DNA from: Chara braunii
Taxonomy: Eukaryota; Plantae; Charophyceae
Direction: 5' to 3'
Assembly (NCBI GenBank): GCA_003427395.1
Contig: BFEA01000008.1
Coordinates: 6,038,544-6,102,543, forward strand
Length of the DNA stretch: 64,000 nucleotides
Both the position numbers and the translations under genes were made by a program. This document shows, one piece after another, positions 25,081 through 37,794 of this stretch; the first letter of the stretch is position 1, and every line of letters starts with the position of its first letter. The notes below the pieces were generated by a model. It made no database searches. It was not told the DNA's origin and was given only the letters and a program-made list of their open reading frames with translations.

Positions 25081-25578
25081 CTGCAAATGATTATCCGATA
25101 AAAGAATTCCGAAAATAAAATAAAAAAATATTCGGAATTACTCAGATGAGAGTATGTGCAGTTTGGAAAATGGTAACTGCAAGAGGGATTTCCCATACCG
25201 TTTTTCAAAAATGAATTTCGGAAATAAAAAAAAATATTCCGGATTTCCAATTAACGGGAAATCACAAAAGGAAATTGAAATTTTCGAAAGAAAGATATTC
25301 CGGATTTCCAACAACGAAATTTCGAATTTTGAGAAGAGAAATGAAAACGGAAATTTCAGGTATTGCACTATTGCGATTTTCCACAACCAAAATAGCGGAA
25401 AACAAAATCCAAGAAAAGAAAAAAAAAATCGATTTTCGGCAGTTCGGTCAAAATCGTGATTTTGGGGGCTAATTAGTATGCTTTAATCAATCAATCAATC
25501 AAAACTAATTAACTACTTACTCCCCGCACACGTGTCAGATCAGGTTGTCCTGATTCACGTGCGTGTTCCGATACGAAC

Positions 25579-26929
25579 TGTTACATGCCCAGTTGCGCAA
25601 TGTATGTATAGCCAAGGATCCGCAATGTGATAAAAAGGACTGAATGGACAATGCGATGTTAGTGGAATCTTAACAAGCAATGTACATCCTGATACATACA
25701 AAATGGCACCTTGTAGCTCAGTGGAAGACTTAGATATAAGTCCTGACCTGACCGGGACTGACCTCTCTCACGTAGTACAAGACAGCGCAGCGGAATGCTA
25801 GAATACCAATGACTAGCCCAATCAATGTCGCAATGCAGACCAAACATACATCATCCTCATCACAAGGTGTGAAGGGGGACTGGCGCTACACACAGGAAGA
25901 ATGCGCCAGGTCCCCACCATACACAGACGAGGAGGAGAATATCAGACGAAGAACAGGGGGAAGATGGGAATGTCGTCAACACCAAGTCTTCGGTACAAGT
26001 CCCAGATAGTCCCTCGTAAAATGTCTGAAGCCCAATGTCGAGTCTGGATCCAAATGTCACCAATCCCTCTCTCTCGTAGTCTGCTGATGCAGTGAAGTCA
26101 GGTAGCGAGACGGTGAGGGGGAGATGGNNNNNNNNNNNNNNNNNNNNNNNNNNNNNNNNNNNNNNNNNNNNNNNNNNNNNNNNNNNNNNNNNNNNNNNNN
26201 NNNNNNNNNNNNNNNNNNNNNNNNNNNNNNNNCTCTCTCTCTCTCTCATGTGTCAGGCACTAACCTGTGAAGATGGCGCTGTGCTGCAGGTACCTCGACG
26301 ACGAGCTGGAGCTATGGCGCTGCAGGTAAGTCTCCCTGGCCTCCGCCCAATCTCTATCCCTCTCTAGTGCTACTCTAGCTCCTAATAGCGCGGCCCCAGC
26401 GCTGAAGACTACTGCGACTACTTCTAACGCTACTACTACTACTGCAGCGCTTCTCCAGAGTGCTGCTGCCGAATCCTGAAGACTACCTCCTGCCTCTGAA
26501 CTCCACGTGACGTGCCTGGGAAGTCCCTAAGAACTACCTGCAGCCTGCAGGGCGGGCCAGTCTTATATAGTGCTGGGCCATCCAGGAGGCTGCTCTTGCC
26601 AATGCCAAAACGTGCCAGACCCTGGCGTTGAAGTTCAAACAAAGGTTGTCTTGAAAGCAGGCCCAAAATGGCCTGTGCTAAAACCCTGGTCTGGTTCAGT
26701 GCAGGTCGATCTTATGAGGGCCTGAAAATGGCCCTCCGTTTCAGGGTGAAAAGACTCAGGGGCTGGAGGGCCCTGTTTTACGTTGAAACGACACAGGGCA
26801 TGTAGGACCTTGTTTTCAGGCTTTCAGGATGAAACGACACAGGGCCTGTAGGCCCTTGTTTTCAGCCTTTCAGGGTGAAACGACCCAGGGCCTGAAAACG
26901 GCCCTCGTTTGCAGGCGCAGCATGTAACA
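25579..26929 (-). repeat. 5' LTR (contains an N gap)
   Basis: Matches 18652-19862; minus-strand TATA (ctatataag) near 26565. Confidence 0.95.
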
Positions 26930-27126
26930 CGCATCATGCCCCTAAATCGAAAAGATATGATAGTAGGCTTTGCAAGTGGAACCATTGCAACAGCTTCTAA
27001 TATAAGCATGCGTTTGATTAAATTATTTAAAATTTTGCAATTTTACCTTACTTTCAAATTTGGATCATGACAAAAATGAATGATGGAACTGCATGTGACC
27101 ACAGGCAGGGCTAGAATTGCCTGCTG

Positions 27127-28500
27127 TCACTTTTCTCTTTTTTGAAGTCCCTTTTTGCCTGCTGTCACTTTTCTAAAAGCAGTGGGAATCAATCTCCAAC
27201 AAATCATCACTCTTCTGAGTCTTCCCCTAGCCAAAGCTTTGAGAAGAGATTCAAAGATTTGTTTGGCCAATAGCCTTGTCCCATAGGGTAGATCGCTGAA
27301 TCTGATCTTACATTGGACCGCATGCAAGCAGTCAAGTGCCTGGTCCTGGAGATGTATTATGAACATAGTACTACCTGAAAGGCAACTGCGAGTGTGTACG
27401 TTAGCTTAGGCCCGACAGAGCATTGCTTCACCGCAGTAGGATTTCCGATTACGTACGACCATGATTACATCATCGTGGTCGTCAATATATTGCAAATATA
27501 CAGCTTTGGCAACCTTAGCGATCGAAAAAGCCAGTCTTTTCTGGAGACATGTTGAGTGTGAAGTTCCTGGTTTTGAGGGAAACTTTTCGCCTGAGTGGAC
27601 GAGGCAGAAGGGAGATGCTGCAGTAGCCGCGAGGCTATTTCAGTCTGTTTCTTGCACATGATTGTGTCCTCCGAGAGCGTCAAGCCTCGGATAATAATGT
27701 GCAATTTCCTTTTTTGCTAAATGAAGTCTGAGGTGTTTCTTTCTGTGTCTTTTTTTCACCCTGCAGGAGACTGCTATGCTGGAGTTTGCGGGCCACTGCC
27801 AATGGTTCTAGTGGTGGCAATGACTCCGGACCCCTAAAATTGGAGGCAACGCCTGGTTCATATGTGTTTGGTGGGATCAGCACATCCGGTGATGGGGACC
27901 AGCATCCCATAGGGCCAGCGTGGCAATGCAGCAGTACATGACTGGCAGACAGAGGGAAGAGGAAGAAAGGAAGCGGGACAGGGTGGGGTTCACCTCGCTG
28001 GTCACTGAAATTTGAACAATATTTAGGGTCGTTAGATCACCAGTTCCTTTCCCAACCCAGTTGGTATCCCGCCACATGGTTGGGGGATCAGCCTACCTGA
28101 TATAAAAGGAGGGTGGCGCCAAGATGGTATTCGTTTTTCAAGCCGGGAAAGGTACTGGTGGTTTGATCATCCCGGTGGGGGTGTCGCTTATGGAGGCCTC
28201 CCTAATTGGTGCCAGTGATAGATGGCTCCAATCGTATTAGCACCCGTCGGAAACCGCATTCAGCATCCCATTACAGTATATTAACAGCCATGGTAGCATT
28301 GATTGCCATTAGGGATTGACTACCCATGGCGATTCCTGTGAGTAATGTTTTGACAGAACTTGGCCGCAGTTGAGTTCATATACATCCCCAAAGTCCTAGT
28401 TCGGAGCATACCCTTGGACCACCCTATAATAAGGAGTTCTTCAAGCAGTCCATAGCATTCTGGCTGTCTCATATTATGTAATCACTTCAACCATAATGAT
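27127..28500 (-). pseudogene. Relic of an intron-containing gene of unknown identity
   Basis: 57-nt GT-AG intron (27431 to 27375) with a CTAAC branch site joins in phase ...RNRKSYC|GSTMFIIHL...; upstream frames are broken mainly by point stops. Confidence 0.35.
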
Positions 28501-30629
28501 TCTGCAAAGCATCACTGCTGCATCACACTGTCACCGGACTATCCACTGCTATTAGGAAGTCAGTAAGCAGACAAGCAGTGCAATTCTGAAGCAGACTGCC
28601 TTACAGACAAGCAGTGCCATTCTGAACCACACTGCCTTAAACAAAGATGGGAAAGCCCTTCAACAGTGATGATCCAGTCTCGACTCCATTGAACTCCCAA
28701 TCGACCTGTGTGAAATGCTTTTTCTTTTCTTTTTTTTCGCGTGTTTGAAGACCTATTCGTTAGGAATGTGCTGGGAACCTGGCCCAGCAATCGAAGGTGT
28801 CCGGGCCATTACCTGCCTTTCCGCTTAGGAAAGCAGATCTTAGGAATTAAGCTGCCTTTGCCTGGTTGGAATTGAGAAGCGACCGCGCCATTCCGGTAAG
28901 CGCACTCTACTCAGCGCACAGCTTTGCGGACTCGGTCCCACATGAAGCCGAAGGGCACGAAAGTGCCATCAAGCATTCGCACCATAGCGCGACCTTTTTT
29001 TTCGATCTTAACTTTGTCCACAGCTGAGAGCCTCGGGAAACGGACACATCACCACACAGCACACCAAGCCAGGCCCCAGGGCATGGTACTGGTGAGAAAA
29101 GGGCAGAGGAGGGGCATGGAGGAGAGAAAGAAGAAGAGTGGAAGGAGGACGAGACAAATATTAACCCAAAAAAATGAGAGAAAGACCAGAAGAGGGAGGA
29201 CGTTGAGCAGCGACAAGAGAGAAGAGCAAAGCAGGAAAGGAAAGCTTTCCAAACAGGGAAGGTAAAAGCAAGGGCTAGGAAGGGAAGAAAGAAGGGAGAA
29301 CAGGACAAAGAAACAAAGGAGAAGTGAGCAGTGAAGACAATACTCAAGTAGGATCCGTACGGCCGAACGGAACAAGGAGAGAGAGACAGAAAACACACAA
29401 GATGAGAGTTAATATCGTTCCTCTCAACTAACGCCGGCGGCAAAGCAAGAAGGGGCCAAAGGGACCAAGAGATCGCACAAATGGACGAAAGGACAACACA
29501 AAGACACCATCATCACACGAATCGCTAGGAAGCGCCACAGCATTCCCTAAAAGCAAAATATGGACAACGCGCCTTTCGATCTTTAATTTTTTCTAAGTTT
29601 AGTGGTTGCACGCGTTAGGATTCGTGAGATAGAGTATGAATTAGACAGACCCTTTCACTGTAGCAGCGAATTCCAATTCTGCCCACTACCGTATGAAATC
29701 GGACAAAGAAAGAATACTTACTACTTTCGTCATATTTGTAACCTATAGACTGGCCATCGTCTGCACAAATTCATCCGTGCGATTCTGCACTTGGAAGACA
29801 GGACATCATGAAACCTCAAAGACTACACGAAGGAGAGGGTGGACAAGACATACCACCGGTAAATATAGGAATAGAGAAGACACTGTCAGGCACTCGACTC
29901 ACCAAAAGAACGGGAAGAGATAGGTAAAGGGCAAGGTTGGTTGGCAGTAAACTGAGTAAAGCCGAACATTTTTTGCACTCGACAGTAATCAACACCGATT
30001 TCTCGCACCAATCCGAAAAGCTTCCATCGGCAAACACGAACAAAGTGTCAATCCTCTTGCTGATTCCTCAACTTACCTCCCCACCCTAATCGACCACTCA
30101 CAATACCTTTTCTTATTACCAAGTTATTTATTCTCATTTAATATTTTTTAACCATTATTGAAAGTTACTATTCATCAGTTAAACTTATTTATTTATTTAT
30201 TCATTTTTATTTTTATTTTTTTATGATCGGTTATTGCTTTAATGAAGTTTAATCATCATTTAACAATTCATCAGAGATTCATTTTCACACATCAAATAAA
30301 GCAAACACTAGAGCAAGCAGACTGACCTCAGCAACGCTCCCCAACTTTCTCCCATTGAAGAACTACCCTTCAGCAGGGAAACACCCTCGACCCACAGGTG
30401 GGCAAAGCAAACTCCGCCCTTCTTCGGCGAGACTGAAAGAACCTAAGAACCACCAAAGAAGGTGACCTGTTCTGCAACCAATTCACACTTCAACACAAAC
30501 TACGAGTGTAGACTTCAGTTGGGAGCCTGCGTGGAAATTCTCACAAACTCAGCACCAGTCGACATGTCGACTTCATACGCACAAGCACTGACACGAGGCA
30601 ACAAGGGAACTGAAGGAACTGAGCAGGGG

Positions 30630-30830
30630 TGTTACATGCTGCGCCTGCACAAGAGGGCCAGTTTCCAGGCCCTGCGTCTCTCAGGCTGAAAGCCTGAAAA
30701 CCAGGGCCTACAGGCCCCGTGTCTGTTCAGCTCGAAAGCCTGAAAAACAGGGGCCTACAGACCCTGTGTCGTTTCAAACTAAAAATGGCAGTAGCCTTTT
30801 TGGCCTGAAACGAAGGGCCATTTTCGGTCT
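30630..30830 (+). repeat. LTR start (U3 module) of the 18652-26929 family, in opposite orientation
   Basis: tgttacatgctgcgcctgca is the reverse complement of the 26929 end; similarity lasts ~200 bp. Confidence 0.75.
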
Positions 30831-31549
30831 GTCATCAGACCGAGAATTACTCAATATCAACAATGTAATTAGGAGCTTTATATCTCACGGAACATAATTA
30901 CATCGTCACGCAGTGCGTTCGCACACTACCATGCTTCCGCACCGCACAGTCCTTCCACTCCGGTCCGCTCAGACTGCGTTCGGGCTATCCCCGATTTCCA
31001 ATAAATAGCTCTTTCCAATGCTGGGCTCCGGCTACTCCCGGTTTCATGAATGCCCCTCAGTGCCAAACCTTGGTCGCACACTTTCCGTTTTTATTTTTTA
31101 TTTTTATTTTTTATCTTGCTGTCGTCGGCAATATTGTCGTACGTGCAGCACGTTTTTCAGCAGCCGCCACTGCATAAGCCACTCAGTTTCAAATCAGATC
31201 TCTTAGTGTCTGGATTTGCGTGCCCTGCAGATTCTCGTTGCTCATGCTCGCGTAGTTCTCATCCTGATGCAGGTGCATTCCCGCCCAGCAGGCTGCTTTC
31301 AGTTGCCGTCCTAGCGCGCTGTATGCAGCTTGTCGTTAGCTGCAGAGCCATCCAGTCATCCCGTGTGATTTCTTCTGTGTTGCAAGTCCCTTTGGCGAGT
31401 TCAGGCGCTTCGAGCTTCCACATCTCAAGTACGTGATACTGCCTCCCCGGGTAGGCTCCGTCACCTCTACCCAAGGTATATTCCCGAAAAACATTCGTAG
31501 AGCTCAGACCAGTGGGCCCTGAAACTCAGGCACTGAACCAGGGTTTTGG

Positions 31550-34358
31550 GTCCATGACCTCGTCTTGTACAACCTTCCTTTTTGCGGTTCGGTGCGTGGT
31601 GGTCACATTCACCCTATCTCGCCTGTCATTTTCTAAGATAAAGTTGGTATGTGGTCCGCGTCCTCACGCCTGTTCTCCAGTGAGTTCTCCCATTGACTCA
31701 GCTTTTACTGTGGCGACGTTAAGGTTTTTAAGTGCAATTATAGCCCGACACATCCCTCCCGGCAGGGTTGTCGAGCCCCGACCCCGGGGCCCCAGCGGGG
31801 GTGCGGGGGTTCGGGGGTGGGAACCCCTGACCCAGGCTCCGGACCCCCCCCACAAAAAAAAATAAAAAAATAAAATAAAAATGGGGAGTGCGCAGCGGCA
31901 GCCTGCACCCCCTGGGCCGAACTGCAAAAATGCAGTTTTGGCCCCACCTCAGCCCCCCCCCCGGGCTACACCCACCCCTGGTGAGCCCGGGGTGGCCCTG
32001 GGCGTGGGTCGGGGGGCAGGGCTGAGCGAGGTGAGGGGCCGGGGATGGCTGGGAGCGGGGGCGGGGGTGCGGGGCCCGGGGCCATGGACGAGGGCGGGAG
32101 TGAGGAGCNNNNNNNNNNNNNNNNNNNNNNNNNNNNNNNNNNNNNNNNNNNNNNNNNNNNNNNNNNNNNNNNNNNNNNNNNNNNNNNNNNNNNNNNNNNN
32201 NNNNNNNNNNNNNNNNNNNNNNNNNNNNNNNNNNNNNNNNNNNNNNNNNNNNNNNNNNNNNNNNNNNNNNNNNNNNNNNNNNNNNNNNNNNNNNNNNNNN
32301 NNNNNNNNNNNNNNNNNNNNNNNNNNNNNNNNNNNNNNNNNNNNNNNNNNNNNNNNNNNNNNNNNNNNNNNNNNNNNNNNNNNNNNNNNNNNNNNNNNNN
32401 NNNNNNNNNNNNNNNNNNNNNNNNNNNNNNNNNNNNNNNNNNNNNNNNNNNNNNNNNNNNNNNNNNNNNNNNNNNNNNNNNNNNNNNNNNNNNNNNNNNN
32501 NNNNNNNNNNNNNNNNNNNNNNNNNNNNNNNNNNNNNNNNNNNNNNNNNNNNNNNNNNNNNNNGGGGCACGTGCGGGGCTGTTTTGGAGGGGCCGGGGCT
32601 CGGGGATCCCCGCGGCGGGGGTGCGGGGGTGAAACCCCCACCCCGGCTTGGGCCCCGGGGATCCCCGCGTGATAACACTTGCCTCCCGGGGAGTTCCAAT
32701 CCACTTTCTCTCCTCGGGAGCCTATGATTTCCCCTCGTAGCGTCCTAGAGCACCTTTTGTGCATAATATCGTGGTTGAGCCTTGGACATGCTCACACAAA
32801 GTGTCCAACCAACATACAGTATTTGCACTGTTCACTGGCCGAATCTCTTCTATTGAACCCTCGGTTAGCAATTCCTGTTGGAGCCACAACTTATTGCGGT
32901 GGGAGGGGGGGTCGAGTTGCCTGGGTTCGCGTCACTTGGGCCTGCATTACCATTAACGCGTTTTCCACTCTTTCGATTTTGCCATCTACTCCGTGGACGC
33001 GCTCATGCTGACTCTCTATCCCCTTTTCACCTTTTTCCGGTTAAGTCTATTACCTTTCCCTCCTTCAGTAGGGTCAACGAGTCGATCACGGCCATCTTCT
33101 CAGCAATGTATGTCACTGTACTGAAGTCGGCGTCCCGTGTATTCATAAACTTTGCAGTCTATTGGTAGGACGATAGGATCTTATCTTTATCGAACTCGGT
33201 GAATTGCCTGAGTCATTATACGGTCGGTTACCCCCAGGATTCGCAACGCTACGAGGGTGAATTCCCTCACTAAATCGTTATACGTTGCAAAGTTCTTTCT
33301 TTGCACCGTAGCCAGCTCTATCTCCGTAACCATCTTCTTGGCTGCCATGTATTTTCTCAACATTACGTCTTGGGCCTCCTTCCAAGATCCGCTGGCGGCA
33401 ACGATGACCATTATGTCCCTTCCTAGGTTCAATGATACATGCTGCCCTAGGTGCTCCATCTTCTCTTCCTCACTCCATCTCAGTAGTGCTGCGAGGTTCT
33501 CGTAATCTATCAGGAACTTTGTGATATTGCTTCATCGAACGTCAACTTCTTCTTAGCATCGGCCAGATACCCCTGATTTTTATTTAGCGCACGTGCGATG
33601 GAAGACACCATCTTTCTAAGTCCCCCCTCGGTTCCTCCTGTTCCGCTGGCGGTGCCGGAGCCTTGTTCTTCCTTATCAGTTTTCACCACTTCTCCAGCCT
33701 TTGTCGTCCCTTTCAGGTCAAACCAGCCTAACACCCTTTCTCTCAAGCTCCAAAGTCTTTCGCACCCCCTTCCAATTATGGGGGAAGCCGTTGGTCGACT
33801 CGCCCTTATAGCAGGTGGGTTGGTAGTCTTTTCCACCTCCCTTTCCGGAGATTCCGTTCTCTCATTTCCTTTCTTGGTTGGCGTCTCTCTACGTCCCCCA
33901 ATCCTACCCTTTCTTCTTTGTATAATATCATATCGGCTTCCTCGCCCCTGGTTTGTTCCTTGCTCTTCGCATCGCCTTTTCCAGCGAAGTTCCCCTCGCC
34001 CTCATTCATCATCTCTTCCGAACGTCCGATAGTCTTTATATTCTGCCGTTCTCCTTTCTATCTCGGCTAATTTCTTCCGAACGTCCGATAGTTTTATCTT
34101 CTTTGACAGTGCGTCTTCCAATGCTCATGGAGTCGGGCTGCCTTTATCCCTATCCCCCCTAGTTTCCTGAGTTCCTCGCATGCTTCCTCCGACTTTTCTT
34201 GAACTTTCCCCGGTTGAAGCTTCCTTCCTTCCTTCCTTAGTACCTTCCGCATTCGTCGCCTCTGAGTCCCTCACGGTCCCCTCATTCTGTTCTACATCCT
34301 TCTCTAGGCTCTGACTCCCCTTGCTTCATAGACTCCCTGCTTCTTCCTCAGTCGCCAT
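31550..34358 (-). pseudogene. gag of a large non-chromoviral Gypsy lineage, interrupted by hAT copy 2
   Basis: KKKLTFD...YENLAALLRWSEEEKMEH, CKYCMLVGHFV*AC zinc knuckle; frame rejoins across the hAT (DWNSPG|GMCRAII). Confidence 0.75.
31763..32681. mobile_element. Non-autonomous hAT-like element, copy 2 (contains an N gap)
   Basis: 8-bp TSD cctcccgg (31755-31762 / 32682-32689); same termini as 4282-12176. Confidence 0.88.
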
Positions 34359-34441
34359 CCTTCTCTAATCTTGCACATAGGAAAAATAAATTTCCCCGGG
34401 ATGGCAGATCGTTCATGGCGGTTTCATAGGATTTCCAGGTC

Positions 34442-36700
34442 CTAAGGCTCACTGTCGGTTTCATAGTCTCTTCCATCTTTGTTATTTAGTATTTCTATTT
34501 GTATGGTGGTCGTAACAGGTCTGCCCTCCTTCTCGGTTTGCGGGGTATCGCTCGCCTTTCCCGTCGGAAAGTCTGCCGCTGTGGGTCGGCATTTTGACAC
34601 CACCAGACATCGGAGTGTCCATGACGGGGTGGGTCCCTCTTTTGGAGATGACCTTTTCCTTCCCCGCCTTTGGACACCTCTAGCGCCCTCGGTGGTAGCG
34701 GCCATCCGGATCCTATCCTGACGCACCCTTAGATAGAGTTCGACTCCAACAGCTACCTTTCCGCGGATCGCTATTCCTTCTTTTGTTTATCAATCCATTG
34801 CTAGTATTCTCATTTGGCCACCTTCCCCGACATTTTCTTACACCGGTTCCTCAGGCTCGTCTTGTTCGACGGACTCTTTGAACAGGCTAGCTACCCCCAC
34901 AAAGTAGTTCTCTTCTATTCCTATTTCTCTAATAATTGTTGACTCATATTCTTTATAAGTCAGACGTGATGTCCCGAATATCAAAATCTCGATGAGTTCT
35001 AGCAATTCCTAAGCCCGATTCCCCCAAAACAGTCCGTGGTTCACCGACGCATAGTAAAACATTCCCGCCGTCTGTGGCTGGAAATGGTGTATCCAAATTA
35101 AGGTTGCATTCACCAGGTCCCTTGCCCTCGCAAGGCTCCCGAATATCAGGTCTATCATGAAACGGGGTACTCAAAACCGCAATCTTGCCACCGGGGCTCT
35201 AAACTCTCTCCATCCTCCTACTTCCACCCGAGTTCTTAGCCCTACATCCCCTCTTTTCCCGAATTTCTTGGCCTATCCGGTTCAATGTCCTGGCTGCTCT
35301 CCGAAAGATTGGCAGCAGCCCATGCCCTACTGCCATCTCAGTCCCTAGCATGTGCCACCCAATCTCAGGTAGATACACGGTTCCAGTCACTCTCAGGTCG
35401 GTGTACATGTCATCTTCTGACCCCCTATTGAATCTCATGCCACTCCATAGGCATTCCACCATCATAAAGGTTTGGTTTTCGTCCCAAGGTCATAGCTCGC
35501 CATTCCACGTCGATCCCTCGAACCTTGTAGCTTACTGGGAGCGACACTTCCCGCCCGTTACCACTTTCCGTGAATGGTCGTGGGTGCGTGGGTCGTCTTG
35601 ACGTTTGGGTGCACCCCATTGTCATCGTCGGTTGGTGGATTCCTGCATGGTTCAGACAAAAACTAAACCTTTCTTATTCCTTTCATGGCCTCAAACATTG
35701 CTAGATGTCCTCCTGCTTCCTACTACCCCGTCCTTTCCATCACTCTTGTTTTCTTTTCTTCTTTATTGGGCTGCCTCCTCCTCTGGTAGCTCGAATAAAC
35801 GATAGACGTCGTCTATGTAGGTCATTCTACGACTTACTTTGCGCCTAATGACCCCCCACATAGTCTCGTCACTTATTAGTGGGATCCTTGGTCTAGTTGT
35901 TACTGTCGCACGCAAAACGCATAGCACTTCGTATCCCTGTTCTTCCTCAAATGGCCCCATCTCTAGGAAGGTCCGGTAGTATTTTTGATACATCAAAGTT
36001 CCCTCGAAGTGTAGCCTAGCTAGTGCAGCTGCCGCCCGCTCAACTCATTTCACACCTCCCATTCGTCTCAGTAGAAAGGGCGGCCGGCTTATTCGTATGA
36101 TTTCATTTGGCAAGGTGAAGGTTCCCACCATGATGGTTCTTACTTCAGCCGTTACGTCGTCCCGCTCCGAATCCGCGAATTCGAACCCCTCTCGCCAGGT
36201 TATTTGCCAAGCTCCTTCGAACATTCGCATGGGGTCGCCCCCGAAGGCCAAGGTGATTCCAAAGGTGTGTCACCCTCCCTCCGATAGGTACAGCGAACCC
36301 GTGGCATGTATGCGTCTCGGAAGGTCCAAGTTCACTCCGCCATACTCTCCTCTTGCACGCCATTCTAATTCTACCACTAGGTACAGTGTATCTTTCACCT
36401 GCTCTACTCCCACCCAGTCGATTACCGGGTCGCTCACCCCACTCTGGCCGGCATACTTATCTCTGCCCTGTTGTCTATCTTCTTTGGCGGCAAGATCACA
36501 TGGGGCCTGTCCTCCCAAAGTGTGATTCTTTGAACCATCCTGCAATGTCTCCCCTTGCACTTTCTTTCGGTCAACTGCTGCATCCACCGAAATTTCGCTC
36601 TTTCCTGGTTTAGTCCTTCCATCCTCATAATGGTAATCTTCCTCCTATTGTACACTCACTCTTGGTGTTGACCCTCCCTCATACATACCCTAATCCTTTC
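34442..36700 (-). pseudogene. Extra ORF upstream of gag, unknown protein with an internally duplicated domain
   Basis: Chain of protein-like minus-strand ORF pieces (36270-36587, 36045-36251, 35763-35996, 35425-35625, 35199-35465, 34442-34726); two segments align with each other. Confidence 0.6.
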
Positions 36701-36775
36701 CTTATTTGTTCGTCGTCGGCACCCTTTCTGCCTAAGTACTGACCTTTGAACTAAACCCATAAGCTGAGTGTCCGA

Positions 36776-37079
36776 TATATGATTCAACGGGGGTTTCCCG
36801 TTAAAAGGTTCAACGACCGTTGATACCCCGTTACAACGTCGCGCTATACCGTGTTAGAACGCGGTACAACGCGACCCGCGAAGATTTTTTCAGTGGTCTA
36901 AATATTAAAAAAAAAAAAAAAAAAAGGGGGGGGTTAGATTCTTTTGCGCTCTACATCCCCTTTTTTTTTTGTTTTTTTTTTTGAGCATGTCAATTATTTT
37001 CAAAAAATAAAACACTGAAAGACACTGTAAACATAATGAAAAACAAACAAATTACACGTAATGGAAGCACATCGGGCGG

Positions 37080-37114
<35 letters not shown>

Positions 37115-37792
37115 CGGCCGAGATCGGTTCGCGGTGACCGTTTTCTGCGGCACAACAGAAAACGACGTGCAGGAGGTGCAGCAAACGACAAGAGAACGAC
37201 TATAAAAAGGTCGATCCTCACCTGTATGTTGCGAATCATTGCACGCCTCCTGTACAACGTCATCCCGGCGGCCATACTGGACGCGCGCGCCTCCACAACA
37301 GTCGTGAAGAGGGCAGGAAGAGCGGGGTCGACGGGCGCAGACGAAAGGGGGGGTAGGGGCTGCAGAGTGGTGAGGTGTGTTTGCTGGGGTAGGGGTTGCG
37401 GAGTGGTGGGGGTTTGCGGGTGGGGTTCCGGGGGTTAGTGAGGTGGGGATTGCTTCGACGCGGCGGGGGTAGGCTGGCTGGGCGGGGAGGGTGGATTCGG
37501 GAAGGGTGGTGTATGTGGTCGGGTCGGACGGAAGGGGGAGGCCGCAGAGTGTTTTTTTTTTCTTTTTTTTTTTCAACCTTTTTCGGTCTCGGCTTGTATG
37601 GCGATGTGCCTGCAGTCAAGAGTGCGCAACCCGTTTGCCGTTCAATGGGGATTCAACGGAAATTCAACGATGTTGAATTCGTTCAACGACATTTCAATGG
37701 TCGTTCAACGGTCGTTCAACGGGTTCAACGGGGGTTCAATGAGGGGTCCTGTGCCGTGTTTTTTTTCTCTCGTCCCTGTTGACAGGGCCGTG
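36776..37792. mobile_element. Probable DNA transposon relic (CMC/CACTA-like) with ttcaacg subterminal repeats
   Basis: Many ttcaacg motifs cluster at both ends; the right end reads CACGG on minus; left TIR and TSD not found. Confidence 0.4.
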
Positions 37793-37794
37793 GG

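Larger units (their letters stand above)
18652..26929 (-). mobile_element. Chromoviral Ty3/Gypsy element with both LTRs, internally deleted (no RT/RNaseH)
   Basis: LTRs TGTTACA...TGTAACA at 18652-19862 and 25579-26929; TSD cgca/cgca; PPT at 19863-19874; Met-i-like PBS relic just below 25579; gag, protease, integrase core and chromodomain on minus. Confidence 0.95.

Noticed and set aside
25540-25578. Tf1-type self-priming PBS
   Set aside because: I found no complement near the inferred transcription start; the related copy reads TGGTATC, consistent with a drifted Met-i PBS.
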